Counted from the stretch's first letter, positions 45,524-55,508 are shown. The stretch is DNA of 64,000 bases from a virus (IMGVR_UViG_3300018839_000001); one strand, 5' to 3'. Translations and numbers: made by a program. The notes: generated by a model from the letters alone, not told the origin.

Positions 45524-47230
45524 TTGGCTATTGTAGCTTCTGGACAAATAACAATTACTGATTTGAATGATTCAAGACAGTTGATGATGTATATAGGTGC
45601 ATCTCAATCAAGAACAGTGGTTTTTGATGGTACTGCTACATATACACCTGATTATTCAACTGCCAATCAAGAGCTTATTCCTCAATTATATATAGCTGGT
45701 GACAATATTGATATGGCGAAGGATGTTACTGGCTGTAAGTGGTACTACCAAGATAATGGTGCAGATGCGCCAGTTGAAATAATACAAGATGATGAAAATT
45801 ACACTTTAACACAAATAGGAACAAAAGGATTAAAATCTCTTAGAATTAAGAATAATGTTTTAGTTTCAAAAACCTCTATGACGTATATTTGTGAGTTGAT
45901 TTATCAAGATATTGATGCAGGCATTAACGCTACAACAAAAGCTGAAATAGAAATTGTCAAGATTACAAATGGTCTCAACGGAACAAGTGGTAAAGATGCA
46001 ATTGTAGCTGTTTTGACAAATGAAACGGCCAATGTTTTATCAAATTCTAAAGGACAAATAATTTCGTATGATGGTGCAAGTACACAGCTAAATATTTATA
46101 AAGGAGTTACAGATGATACAGATAATTGGACGATCTCTCAGGTTAGAGAGAATGTCACGGTATCTGAACCAACATCAAGTAAGACTGCAACAGTCACAGC
46201 GATGAGTGCAGATACAGGTAAAGTCATTTTTAAAGCAACAAAAAGCGGATACCCACAAATCACCAAAGTCTTCAATATAAACAAAGTAAAATCTGGCGAG
46301 GATGCAACAAGCTATGACTTAAATATTAGCACCCCTGTTCTAGTTTTAAACAAAGAGAAAGATTCATTTAATCCTATTGACCTCACGGTTTCAGCGAGAA
46401 TGCAAGTAGGGATGTCAGAACCATTCGACTACCCTACTCATTTTACAGTCGAAGAGTCACTAGATGGCGTAAATTTTGTAACAACATATATTTCTAGCAA
46501 TGATGAATTTTCATTTGTTTATACTCCTACATCATTTGAGATAAAATCATTAAAGATTAAGATGTATTTAGAAGGTGGAACGGAGACATTACTTGATGAA
46601 CAAATAGTACCTGTGATTTCAGATGGAACAGATGCAGTTTATGCAAACGTTTGGACGCCTGATGGAAACGCAATAAAAAATAGTATTGGAACTGTAAAAG
46701 CGAGAATTGATTTATACAATGGAACAAAAACTATTTCTGGATCATCTTATAAATGGTATATACAAGATGGAAATGCCTCTCCTACTTCTGGCGGTGATTC
46801 TGATGGAGGTCAAGGATGGAGATTGTTAAACGATAGTTACAATGCTGGAGTTTCAGGCTATACAACTGCTGAAATCACTATCCCTTCAAGTGCAATCGCT
46901 AGTACAGAAGCGTTTAAATGCGTTGCTGTATATAATGGAAACAACTACTCTGGAGTGACGACAGTTGTAGATTTGTCCGATCCAATCATAGTTCGACTAG
47001 ATGGAATGGATAAATTTAAAAATGGTGAAGGATCAATTACTGTAAGAGCAACATTGTTGCAATCTGGATCAGAGCTAGACCCAAATGGTACAGAGGGCTA
47101 CATTTATGAGTGGTATATATACGACTCAAGCAATAATAAAACATCCTTCAAGGCAACTGGAAAGACAATTATTGTGCATGCAACAGATATAAGCGGTCGC
47201 GGAAATTTAATATGTGAAGTCAGCAAATAG
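45524..47230 (+). CDS. Baseplate/tail fibre protein with Ig-like repeats
   Basis: MAIVASGQITITDLND start; repeated YKWY / C-x-V-x-Y beta modules. Confidence 0.7.
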   Translation: MAIVASGQITITDLNDSRQLMMYIGASQSRTVVFDGTATYTPDYSTANQELIPQLYIAGDNIDMAKDVTGCKWYYQDNGADAPVEIIQDDENYTLTQIGTKGLKSLRIKNNVLVSKTSMTYICELIYQDIDAGINATTKAEIEIVKITNGLNGTSGKDAIVAVLTNETANVLSNSKGQIISYDGASTQLNIYKGVTDDTDNWTISQVRENVTVSEPTSSKTATVTAMSADTGKVIFKATKSGYPQITKVFNINKVKSGEDATSYDLNISTPVLVLNKEKDSFNPIDLTVSARMQVGMSEPFDYPTHFTVEESLDGVNFVTTYISSNDEFSFVYTPTSFEIKSLKIKMYLEGGTETLLDEQIVPVISDGTDAVYANVWTPDGNAIKNSIGTVKARIDLYNGTKTISGSSYKWYIQDGNASPTSGGDSDGGQGWRLLNDSYNAGVSGYTTAEITIPSSAIASTEAFKCVAVYNGNNYSGVTTVVDLSDPIIVRLDGMDKFKNGEGSITVRATLLQSGSELDPNGTEGYIYEWYIYDSSNNKTSFKATGKTIIVHATDISGRGNLICEVSK

Positions 47231-47251
47231 TCTCTTTACGTAAGATGTTTT

Positions 47252-47280
47252 TTGACTAAACTAATTAATAATGTTATAAT
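47252..47280 (+). promoter_or_regulatory. sigmaA promoter with the 16-bp motif as spacer
   Basis: TTGACT-AAACTAATTAATAATGT-TATAAT. Confidence 0.8.
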
Positions 47281-47290
47281 TTAATTATTC

Positions 47291-47317
47291 AAGAGAGTAT
47301 TTTATACTCTCTTTTTT
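47291..47317 (+). terminator. Intrinsic terminator immediately downstream of the promoter
   Basis: AAGAGAGTA-TTTTA-TACTCTCTT followed by TTTT. Confidence 0.7.
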
Positions 47318-47337
47318 ATATTTAAGGAGTGAAATAA

Positions 47338-50300
47338 ATGGCTACACATATCGGAAGAGGTCAGCTTACATTAACAGATTTGAATGATGTTATTGCATCT
47401 TCAACCGAACCTTCAAATCCATCAGAGGGTAGCCTTTGGTTTAATAAAAATGATAGTACATTGTATGTCTATAATAATGGCTCTTGGATTTTAGCTTCTC
47501 CAGAGTTGCAAATTGGTGGAAGGAATTTAGTAATAAACTCCACCTTTAATAATGGCGCAACTGATTGGAGTGGCAAATATCAAATATTAGAGCCAGAAGA
47601 TGATAAATCGACTTCAAGAATTATGCACATTCAAGTGGAAGGTAGTGAAGTTGATAGACATTCTCAGAGCTGGAGTAAAGAGATAGATATGAGCATTAAT
47701 ATTGACAAGCAATATACTCTATCTTTTGATATAAAGGTTGAAGATTTGTCAATTATTAATGAAGAAGATGTATTGTTCAGCATTAGAACATTCAGTGAAA
47801 AAGGCAAGTATGCTAGTGGTGATGCTGTATTCGAAAAAACTATAAAGAAAAAAGATATCCATGAACTACAGAATGGTAAATGGCATAGATACTCTCTCAC
47901 CTTCTCTCCTACTGATGGAGAGTATATTAGAGTTGGCACATATCTTACCAGAAATGGATCAGTATCTTGGAGAGAAATCAAGTTAGAAATTGGGGGTAAG
48001 GCCACGGATTGGTCTCCTGCTCCAGAGGATGTTGCAAGCTCTATTATTGATATTACAGAGACATTGGGAAATATGGCTAACGATAATATTCTAGATTATA
48101 GTGAGAGACAGTTAATTAAAGATAAAATAACAGAAATCATTGGATATGTAATTTTAGATACTGATCAAGAGATGCCACCTGCCTCACTATTAGATCAAGG
48201 TATAAACGGTAAAGGTAGTTTTTATTCTGCTCGTAAAAATGCAAGAATGTCAGGTCTTCCATCAGACAATCAAGCCTATGTATCGTTAGAAGAAAAGTAT
48301 AACAACTTAAAAGCTTATCTTGAAGGTTTAACACCAATAAAACCTTGGGATATTGTTGTTGAAAATAAAAACTTGAATATTTATGTAGAGAAAGATGAGT
48401 TTAGAAAAAATTGGTTGGAATATTATAACGCTGAAAGAAATTTGGCAAATGCCACAGCAGATCAATTAAAGAAAAATGTAGATGATATTGCCGTAGGAGG
48501 AACAAACTATGCAAGTAATGGTAGCTTCTCTTATGACATCAAAAAATCACTATGGGCTTCACATTACGTTGGAAACACTGTTGAAGTAGTTGATATATCA
48601 ACTGAAACACCTCCCTTTCATTTTGCTTTACATGTAAAAAATACATACAAAGTTAATGGTGGAATCTTTGCACCTGTAATTTTTGAAGGTGAGGCCGCAA
48701 ACTCCTTAAAAGATGAAGAAATAACTATTTCTTTTTGGTTGAAATACCAAGATATTATTCAAGGAGATACGACAGCAAATACAGCATACTTTGGAAGATT
48801 AATTATTGAAGGTGTAGATGATAACGGAAATAAATTTTATTTATACCCTAGAGTATCATTAACAACCAATACTAGCGGTTATGAAAGAGTCACTGGAACT
48901 AATACAGAATGGACAAAATATTATGCAACTCACAAAATATCGTTGCCCGTTGGCGCGGTAAAAATAACTAAAATATCATTCACTCATGGAATGGCAGGAT
49001 GTACAGGAGAATTTTGGACTACTGGAATCAAATTAGAAATTGGAAATAAGGTTACAGACTGGTCTCCTTGTCCATATGATATAGAAGACAGAATAACAAA
49101 AACGGAATTTAAAGTATTAGATGATCAAATCATTTCTACCGTAACAGGAAGCAGAGAGTTCGCGGATTCAATTAGTGATAAAGTTACAGACAACCTAAGT
49201 AATATCTCAGTTGGTGGAACAAACCTTGTTAAAAACTCTGATTTCTCCTTTGATTTAAGACACTGGAGAGACTGGAGGTTTACAGCAGGAACAAGAGGAA
49301 TAAAAGACATAACAGACTTGGCAGGATTCACAAAAGGATTTTATTATTCAACTACTGAGGCAGGACAGTTTGGATATTCACAAGACAATATCAATGTAAT
49401 TGAGGGAGAAACCTATGTATTAACCGCTTGGTTTAAAGTTACAGGCGGTACTGGAAAAGTAGTATTACAAGAAGGAACTGCCGCTATAGGGTGGACAACA
49501 ACAGATTATAACGTTGAAAACATTATAGGAAAATGGGTTAGGTTGAAACATGTGTTTACTGCAAAATCAAATATGACAAATGTCTATGCAGGTCAAAGTA
49601 GTAACGGTGCTGGGATAAATAGCGCGGAAATAACAGGTGTTCAACTTGAAAGAGGTAATATTCCAACGGATTGGTCTCCTGCTCCAGAAGATATTCAGGA
49701 TTCAATACAGATTGGCGGCAAGAACTTAATTAAGAACTCAGCAGTACGATTGGGATTTCAAGATTGGTCTAATATCGTTAATGGGTTTACTGTGGACACG
49801 AGCTTTTCATTTAATAATATGAACACTATTAAGTTTCAATATCAAAATATAGAATATCCATATGCAGGATCAAACTTTATAAATGTAAGAGAGTTAGGTT
49901 TAATAAGAGAATATTTAACACTAAGCACATATTTATATATCCCTTCGGATATTACATTTAAAGGTAACATGATTTATTTTGAATTTGCTGGATATGAAAA
50001 CACATCTCAAACAGCTAATTATAACATTGCAAGAAGTTCGGTTCCAGTAAGTGAAATATCTCAGTATTCTGGGAAGTGGGTTCGGCTAAGTTGCACAGGA
50101 AGAGTTCCTGATTCAAATAAAAATGGGAAAGTAAATTATGTACGAGCTTTATTACGATATGATGCAAGTACAGGACAAGCAACTACAGATGAACATTTTT
50201 GGTACGCATTACCGAAATTAGAGGTTGGAAATAGACCTACAGATTGGACTCCAGCACCAGAAGATATAGATTATCGATTTACTACAACTGAAAGCAAGAT

Positions 50301-52182
50301 TGATCAACACTCTGACCAAATTGCTCTGGTTGTCAGTGGAACTACAATTAAGGGAGATTCAATAGCAAGCTCTATTGTGACAACTCCAACTGCAATCAGC
50401 TTGTTAAGTGATAACATTAATCTCCAAGGAAAGGTTTCATTCGAATCACTAGACGACACAATGAAAAAGAATATTGCAAATAATGGAGACACTATAAATA
50501 AGAATCCTTATTTTACAGACTGGTTTGAATCTAACAGACTTCCTGCTGGTTATTTAAACTCGGTTATCAGTAGTGGTAATAGTTTTTCAAGAGTGTCTTC
50601 ACCTGATCAGAAAGGATATCTCTTAAAATACGATGTTACCGCAGATAATACAAACGCATATCTAACACCTTATGGTGTGACAACATCCCCTTATTATCAG
50701 TATATCACTGTACAAGCTACGTTTATGTTGGAGAGCGGAAGTATTGATGGTGCAGGTGTTCTAATGAGATATGTTGCTAATCCAAGCATTGATTTTAAGA
50801 TTCATTTTAAAGATTTAGTATCATCCCCTTCTCCTAATAAATGGTATACAGTAACAAAAATTATTAAACAGCCTGTTGAGCCAAGCGGCTTTAATGGGTA
50901 TCAAGCATATCCTATGGGCGCTTGGCCTTCACTTGGAACAGTGAAGCCAAAAGTAATATACTTTAGCGAAGTTATTGCAAGACCATCTACAGAACAAGAG
51001 ATCATGGCTTATGAGTCAGGATTAACTATAGATCAATGGAAAGGCGCTGTAGTTAATGGGAAGACTACTATTAATGGTGGTTTAATTCAAACAAATACAG
51101 TTGATGCAAGTGTTTTAAAAGCTGGCTCTGTCATTGCAAACAACATTACTTTTACAGGTGAATTGAAAGGTGCTACAGGAACATTCTCAGGCAGTGTAAC
51201 GGTAAGTAGTGGAGATAATGTTGTTCAAATAAGTAGCGGTAAAATATACTCACAAAACACTGGAACTTCCTATAGCTATGGAGCAATAACCATACAAGGC
51301 GGAGAGCTAATATTTAATTCATTCATGGGATCAGCATATGATTGTAAAATATATCAAGATAAAGCGGATGGACTTCTAATGATTGAATCCAAAAGTGGAC
51401 TATGGATACAGTCTGAATTGAATGGCTTGATGGTAACTGGCCCAACAAATTTCAAAGGTCATATGGAAATGAACAACTATGATATACAAAATGTCAACCA
51501 TATAACCATTAACGATCCCGGTTCAGGAGAGGGGTTAGAATGGCTAGGAGGAAATGGATGGAGAATTGTTGAAGCTCCAGATAACATGACTAATGCCAAA
51601 GGTAATATCCAAATTGCACAAGGTGGAGGAACTTCGAGTAGAAGAATTACGATCAATACAGATGGAAATATTCATTTGTATTCTGGTTCAGGGAACTTAA
51701 TGGGTTCTGTGACTGGTGCTTCAGTTAGAATATTGGACACAGGAGGAACTTGGATTAACTACTATGTAAATCCTGCGGATAATGGAGAGGTCAGGATTCA
51801 AGGATCACATAGTGGAGCTTATAGACCTATACGTGCATCATCCTTCCCAACAAGCTCATCAATAAATTATAAAACAAATATCGAATCTCTAACCTATGAA
51901 GATGCGAAATTCTTACTTGATAACGCAGAAATCTTTAAATATCATCTTTTGAGTAATGTGGAGAATGGTATTTATGACAAACCAAAAATTGGTATGATTT
52001 CTGAAATGGTTCCTCAGCAACTTAGAGATGAGGATGGTGTAGACCCCTACTCTGCTGTTTCTACACTTTGGAGAATCGTTCAATATCATCAAGAAACTAT
52101 TAATGATTTAAAAGTTCAAATTCAAGATTTAACAGAGGCTATGTCTCAAGAAGAAAATACAACTGAAACTGGAGGAAATTAA
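47338..52182 (+). CDS. Long tail fibre / receptor-binding protein with four CBM-like modules and C-terminal autocleaving chaperone
   Basis: Four GG(R/T/K)NL...(K/Q)LE.G...TDW(S/T)P.P.D modules; C-terminal SSINYKTNI...KPKIGMISE (peptidase S74-like chaperone). Confidence 0.8.
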   Translation: MATHIGRGQLTLTDLNDVIASSTEPSNPSEGSLWFNKNDSTLYVYNNGSWILASPELQIGGRNLVINSTFNNGATDWSGKYQILEPEDDKSTSRIMHIQVEGSEVDRHSQSWSKEIDMSINIDKQYTLSFDIKVEDLSIINEEDVLFSIRTFSEKGKYASGDAVFEKTIKKKDIHELQNGKWHRYSLTFSPTDGEYIRVGTYLTRNGSVSWREIKLEIGGKATDWSPAPEDVASSIIDITETLGNMANDNILDYSERQLIKDKITEIIGYVILDTDQEMPPASLLDQGINGKGSFYSARKNARMSGLPSDNQAYVSLEEKYNNLKAYLEGLTPIKPWDIVVENKNLNIYVEKDEFRKNWLEYYNAERNLANATADQLKKNVDDIAVGGTNYASNGSFSYDIKKSLWASHYVGNTVEVVDISTETPPFHFALHVKNTYKVNGGIFAPVIFEGEAANSLKDEEITISFWLKYQDIIQGDTTANTAYFGRLIIEGVDDNGNKFYLYPRVSLTTNTSGYERVTGTNTEWTKYYATHKISLPVGAVKITKISFTHGMAGCTGEFWTTGIKLEIGNKVTDWSPCPYDIEDRITKTEFKVLDDQIISTVTGSREFADSISDKVTDNLSNISVGGTNLVKNSDFSFDLRHWRDWRFTAGTRGIKDITDLAGFTKGFYYSTTEAGQFGYSQDNINVIEGETYVLTAWFKVTGGTGKVVLQEGTAAIGWTTTDYNVENIIGKWVRLKHVFTAKSNMTNVYAGQSSNGAGINSAEITGVQLERGNIPTDWSPAPEDIQDSIQIGGKNLIKNSAVRLGFQDWSNIVNGFTVDTSFSFNNMNTIKFQYQNIEYPYAGSNFINVRELGLIREYLTLSTYLYIPSDITFKGNMIYFEFAGYENTSQTANYNIARSSVPVSEISQYSGKWVRLSCTGRVPDSNKNGKVNYVRALLRYDASTGQATTDEHFWYALPKLEVGNRPTDWTPAPEDIDYRFTTTESKIDQHSDQIALVVSGTTIKGDSIASSIVTTPTAISLLSDNINLQGKVSFESLDDTMKKNIANNGDTINKNPYFTDWFESNRLPAGYLNSVISSGNSFSRVSSPDQKGYLLKYDVTADNTNAYLTPYGVTTSPYYQYITVQATFMLESGSIDGAGVLMRYVANPSIDFKIHFKDLVSSPSPNKWYTVTKIIKQPVEPSGFNGYQAYPMGAWPSLGTVKPKVIYFSEVIARPSTEQEIMAYESGLTIDQWKGAVVNGKTTINGGLIQTNTVDASVLKAGSVIANNITFTGELKGATGTFSGSVTVSSGDNVVQISSGKIYSQNTGTSYSYGAITIQGGELIFNSFMGSAYDCKIYQDKADGLLMIESKSGLWIQSELNGLMVTGPTNFKGHMEMNNYDIQNVNHITINDPGSGEGLEWLGGNGWRIVEAPDNMTNAKGNIQIAQGGGTSSRRITINTDGNIHLYSGSGNLMGSVTGASVRILDTGGTWINYYVNPADNGEVRIQGSHSGAYRPIRASSFPTSSSINYKTNIESLTYEDAKFLLDNAEIFKYHLLSNVENGIYDKPKIGMISEMVPQQLRDEDGVDPYSAVSTLWRIVQYHQETINDLKVQIQDLTEAMSQEENTTETGGN

Positions 52183-52183
52183 G

Positions 52184-52342
52184 ATGAAAGAATTACAGAT
52201 TGATATTAACACCATTATGGATGAGTATGATAAAAAAATTAGCGCTCTTAATAGAGATATTGTTTTATTAAGTGTTCAAAACAAAGAGCTTTTAAAGAAA
52301 GTTGAGGAATTAGAAACTCAGCTAAAGACTGAGAATAGCTAA
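52184..52342 (+). CDS. Small coiled-coil protein (52 aa), tail-fibre associated
   Basis: Not in the ORF track; GGAGG RBS; MKELQIDINTIMDEYDKKISALNRDIVLLSVQNKELLKKVEELETQLKTENS. Confidence 0.65.
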   Translation: MKELQIDINTIMDEYDKKISALNRDIVLLSVQNKELLKKVEELETQLKTENS

Positions 52343-52350
52343 CACCAATA

Positions 52351-52366
52351 AAACTAATTAATAATG
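52351..52366 (+). repeat. 16-bp motif copy upstream of the lysis cassette
   Basis: Exact AAACTAATTAATAATG followed by ATAATATAAT. Confidence 0.7.
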
Positions 52367-52450
52367 ATAATATAATTTTATATTTATCCTGCCGGGTGTG
52401 AGAGTCATCTGGCAGGATAAAAATCTTATTTTATACAGGAGGAATTTTAA

Positions 52451-53644
52451 ATGGGAAAAATCGTAGATATTTCACATCACCAAGGAACTATTGATTTTTC
52501 AAAATTTTCAAAGGAGGTAGACCTTGCAATTGTACGTGTCCAATATGGCTCAACTGTTGAAGATAGAACCCACAAGAGGAATCAATCAGAATTGAAAAAG
52601 TACGGTGTTCCATTTGGGACATATGCTTATGGACGCTTTGTATCTGTTAAAGATGCTGTTGTTGAAGCGAAGGACGCTATTGCGCGCACAGATAAGAGTG
52701 CCAAATTTATCGTCTTAGATGTTGAGAAAGACACTATTGATTCTTGCGGAACAAAGAATTTGGCAGAAGCATCTCAAGCTTTCATTGACACATTAAGCAA
52801 AGCAGGATTTAAAACTGGTTTCTATGTTTCTCACGAAATCTACAAAAAATACAATCTAGACAAAGTAAAGGCAGATTTCTTATGGTTGCCTCGCTACGGT
52901 GCAGACAACGGTACGAAGAGTAAGAAACCTGACTATCCATGCGATCTTTGGCAATACACACAAAAAGGGAAAGTTGCTGGTGTATCAGGATACGTTGATT
53001 TAAACGATGTTAACGGTTCTAAACCTCTTTCTTGGTTTGTTGGTGGATTAGTACCGAAGAAAGAATCTTCTGTAGTGGCCTCCCCTGCAAGTAGCTCTAA
53101 AGAAAAAGCAATCGGGGAAGCTGTTATAAAAGTGGATTCATTAAATATTCGAAGCAGTGCCAGTTTAGATTCAAAAGTTGTTGGTACTGCATTGAAGAAT
53201 CAGAAGTTTCCTGTATATGAGAAAAAAGATTACTTCTTGAGAATTGACAAAGGGAAATGGATTTCAAATAAAGATGGTAAATACGCAACTTATAAATCAA
53301 ATTCAAGTTCTGGATCGTCTTCTAAACCATCTTCTTCTACTACATATAAAGTTGTAAAAGGAGATACACTGTGGGATTTATCTAAAAAATTCAAAACTAC
53401 TGTAAGCGCTATCAAGAGTTTAAATGGGTTGAAGTCAGATACTATTTTAGTTGGACAAACTTTAAAAATTCCTGGGACTTCTAAAACTTCTAGCTCTCAA
53501 GCAAAGTACCATACCGTTGTAAAAGGAGATGTGGTTTCTAAATTGGCCGTTAAGTATGGAAGTACAATTGATCAAATTAAAGCATGGAATAAACTTGACA
53601 AAAACTATACGATTTATGTCGGTCAGAAACTAAGAGTTAAATAA
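52451..53644 (+). CDS. Endolysin: GH25 muramidase + SH3b + two LysM domains
   Basis: IVDISHHQG, VLDVE, LWQYTQKG...VDLN (GH25); LNIRSSAS (SH3b); YKVVKGDTLW and YHTVVKGDVVS (LysM). Confidence 0.92.
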   Translation: MGKIVDISHHQGTIDFSKFSKEVDLAIVRVQYGSTVEDRTHKRNQSELKKYGVPFGTYAYGRFVSVKDAVVEAKDAIARTDKSAKFIVLDVEKDTIDSCGTKNLAEASQAFIDTLSKAGFKTGFYVSHEIYKKYNLDKVKADFLWLPRYGADNGTKSKKPDYPCDLWQYTQKGKVAGVSGYVDLNDVNGSKPLSWFVGGLVPKKESSVVASPASSSKEKAIGEAVIKVDSLNIRSSASLDSKVVGTALKNQKFPVYEKKDYFLRIDKGKWISNKDGKYATYKSNSSSGSSSKPSSSTTYKVVKGDTLWDLSKKFKTTVSAIKSLNGLKSDTILVGQTLKIPGTSKTSSSQAKYHTVVKGDVVSKLAVKYGSTIDQIKAWNKLDKNYTIYVGQKLRVK

Positions 53645-53707
53645 TTAATCTTGGACAAAAGGGCTTGAAAAAAGGGGTTGCAAAAAGAATAGAGGAGGAA
53701 GCCAGAA

Positions 53708-54031
53708 ATGAATTTCTTAGAATTGCTATCAGATACAGCTTGGTTAACAGCTATCTCGGCTATTCTAGGTTCTGTTTTGACATACTTTGCAACAAAGACA
53801 AATAACAAAAAGGAAATGTCAATCAACGACAGAATGCAACTCTCTAAAGACCAATATCAACTTATAGCTGAATTACGTGCAATGATGCAAGAACAACGAG
53901 ACGAAATTGATCATTTAAGAGAAGAGATTAAGCAGTTACAAGAGGTAAATGTTAGCTTGATGATTGAAAACAAGGAGTTACAAGTTAAGATTAATGCATT
54001 AAATAATAGACTATCATCATTTGGTAGTTAA
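53708..54031 (+). CDS. Holin-associated protein (N-terminal TM + coiled coil)
   Basis: AWLTAISAILGSVLTYFA helix then heptad coiled coil; GAGGAGG RBS; between endolysin and holin. Confidence 0.65.
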   Translation: MNFLELLSDTAWLTAISAILGSVLTYFATKTNNKKEMSINDRMQLSKDQYQLIAELRAMMQEQRDEIDHLREEIKQLQEVNVSLMIENKELQVKINALNNRLSSFGS

Positions 54032-54046
54032 GAGGAGAAGATAAAG

Positions 54047-54376
54047 ATGGAAATGTTATATGACCAAATTTTAAACTTAATAGCACTTATTATTGCTGGA
54101 TGTGTTGGAGTAGTTACTCGGTATGTTGTTAAATTTCTTAAAAAGAAAGGCGTTATTGCAAAATTGGAAACTCATAAAGAGTTGACAAAAATTGTAGTAA
54201 ATGCTGTTGAACAAGCATATAATCATTTAGACGGAGATAAAAAACTCGAACTTGCGAAGTCAGAATTAGAGAAAGTAGCAAATAGCAAGGGATTAGCAAT
54301 TACACAAAAAGAAATTGAATTGCTGATCGAGTCCACTGTAAAAGAAATGAATAAGGCAATTAAAGAAGAATTGTAA
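54047..54376 (+). CDS. Holin (LL-H family-like)
   Basis: Single N-terminal TM; VNAVEQAY...GDKKLELA...IELLIESTVKEM pattern. Confidence 0.75.
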   Translation: MEMLYDQILNLIALIIAGCVGVVTRYVVKFLKKKGVIAKLETHKELTKIVVNAVEQAYNHLDGDKKLELAKSELEKVANSKGLAITQKEIELLIESTVKEMNKAIKEEL

Positions 54377-54381
54377 GAAGT

Positions 54382-54550
54382 AGACCTCCCTTGAGCGTGC
54401 GAAACTTATAGGGAGGTTTACCGCATTCACCTTCGAGCCAGCCCCTTTTGATGGGTCTGCTTTGTGTATGCCCCGACTGTTGGCGCAGTCGGGATTTTTT
54501 GTTTTGAAGCTCTAATGATTACTTTAACTTTGATTTAATCATTACACAAA
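54382..54550 (-). ncRNA. Putative type I antitoxin-like sRNA locus (SR4/SR5/RatA-like), convergent with the lysis cassette
   Basis: Stem AGACCTCCCT/AGGGAGGTTT (54382-54419), AGCCAGCCCC...TTTGTGTATGCCCCG block and plus-strand terminator. This resembles B. subtilis bsrG/txpA-type 3' regions from memory; not aligned. Confidence 0.45.
54472..54500 (+). terminator. Intrinsic terminator of the late/lysis transcript
   Basis: CCCGACTG-TTGGCG-CAGTCGGG followed by ATTTTTT. Confidence 0.85.
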
Positions 54551-54569
54551 TTATATAACATGTCAATAT

Positions 54570-55439
54570 CTAATTAGATATTTTAATATCAATCTGCAAC
54601 TTTTCCTCAGAATCTTTTATTTCCTCAATCAAAATATTTAACCTTCTTATAATTGCATCCGCAGAGTATTCCCCATTAAGTTCAAAGTTAAATGTTTTTC
54701 CGTTGGCAGATATACTAGAGGAGTGATTAACTTTTTCATTTGACTCCTTATTAGTCACAGAAATAACATCTTTATTAACAGTTTCAACTAGACTGTTTTC
54801 AGTTGAAGGTTTCTGAGATAAAGACAGCTTATTAGCACGTTTCTTACTACTCTTTTTATATTGATATTTCAGATTATAAAAATAATCAACATTTGAGCCT
54901 TCCCAACTATCTACTAAAGAAGCAATGCTATGTTGATTTTCCATATATTTATTAAATATGATCATTTGCTGATCTCTATATAAAGTTTTAAACTTATCAA
55001 AGTCCATATAGTTATTTGGTTGAGAGAGAACTTCGTTTAATTCATCTTCGGATAAATTTGTTTTTTCAATATTACTTGTTCTCCCTAGACCATTTCTCGG
55101 AATATCTAGCTTATCTAAAAGTTTATAATATGTGTTGTGGCTAATTCCTAGACCTTCTATTATATTATTGATTTGATAATTTTCTCTCCAATGCATCATT
55201 AACATTTTCTGCTCTTCTTTTGACTTATTCTTCAAATCATAATAGTTGATTATTTCATTCATATTAAACACCTCGACTTTGCCGTTGAGTTTCTTCCGTT
55301 CTGAGTTATTCATAAATAAATAAGGAGTTCTTAAAGCTTGAGATATACCACCCCTTCTTGTGGATGCGCGCGCAAAAATATTCTTTCCTATTCTCTTCTT
55401 CTCACGAATCTCTTCATTAAGCATCCTTTTTACATTCAA
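54570..55439 (-). CDS. Hypothetical protein (289 aa), possibly DNA-binding
   Basis: Long ORF; basic N-terminus; IIEGLGISHNTYYKLLDKL is HTH-like. Confidence 0.7.
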   Translation of the reverse strand: MNVKRMLNEEIREKKRIGKNIFARASTRRGGISQALRTPYLFMNNSERKKLNGKVEVFNMNEIINYYDLKNKSKEEQKMLMMHWRENYQINNIIEGLGISHNTYYKLLDKLDIPRNGLGRTSNIEKTNLSEDELNEVLSQPNNYMDFDKFKTLYRDQQMIIFNKYMENQHSIASLVDSWEGSNVDYFYNLKYQYKKSSKKRANKLSLSQKPSTENSLVETVNKDVISVTNKESNEKVNHSSSISANGKTFNFELNGEYSADAIIRRLNILIEEIKDSEEKLQIDIKISN

Positions 55440-55508
55440 TCTATATCAACTCCAGAACATACATACTCATTCATCATCATTGTACATTATTAATAAGAAT
55501 AATGAAAT

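Noticed and set aside
32536-50492. Many short antisense ORFs within TMP, Tal and fibre genes (and similar ones in recD2, DUF2828 and dnaE)
   Set aside because: They are shadow frames of long, strongly biased coding sequences, with no RBS or recognisable motifs.
47338-52182. Diversity-generating retroelement or shufflon acting on the fibre
   Set aside because: No reverse transcriptase, no template/variable repeat pair differing at adenines, and no inverted cassette repeats.
53655-53692. Short direct repeat AAAAGGG(C/G)TTG(A/C)AAAA between endolysin and holin genes
   Set aside because: Only two low-complexity copies, which is too weak to interpret.
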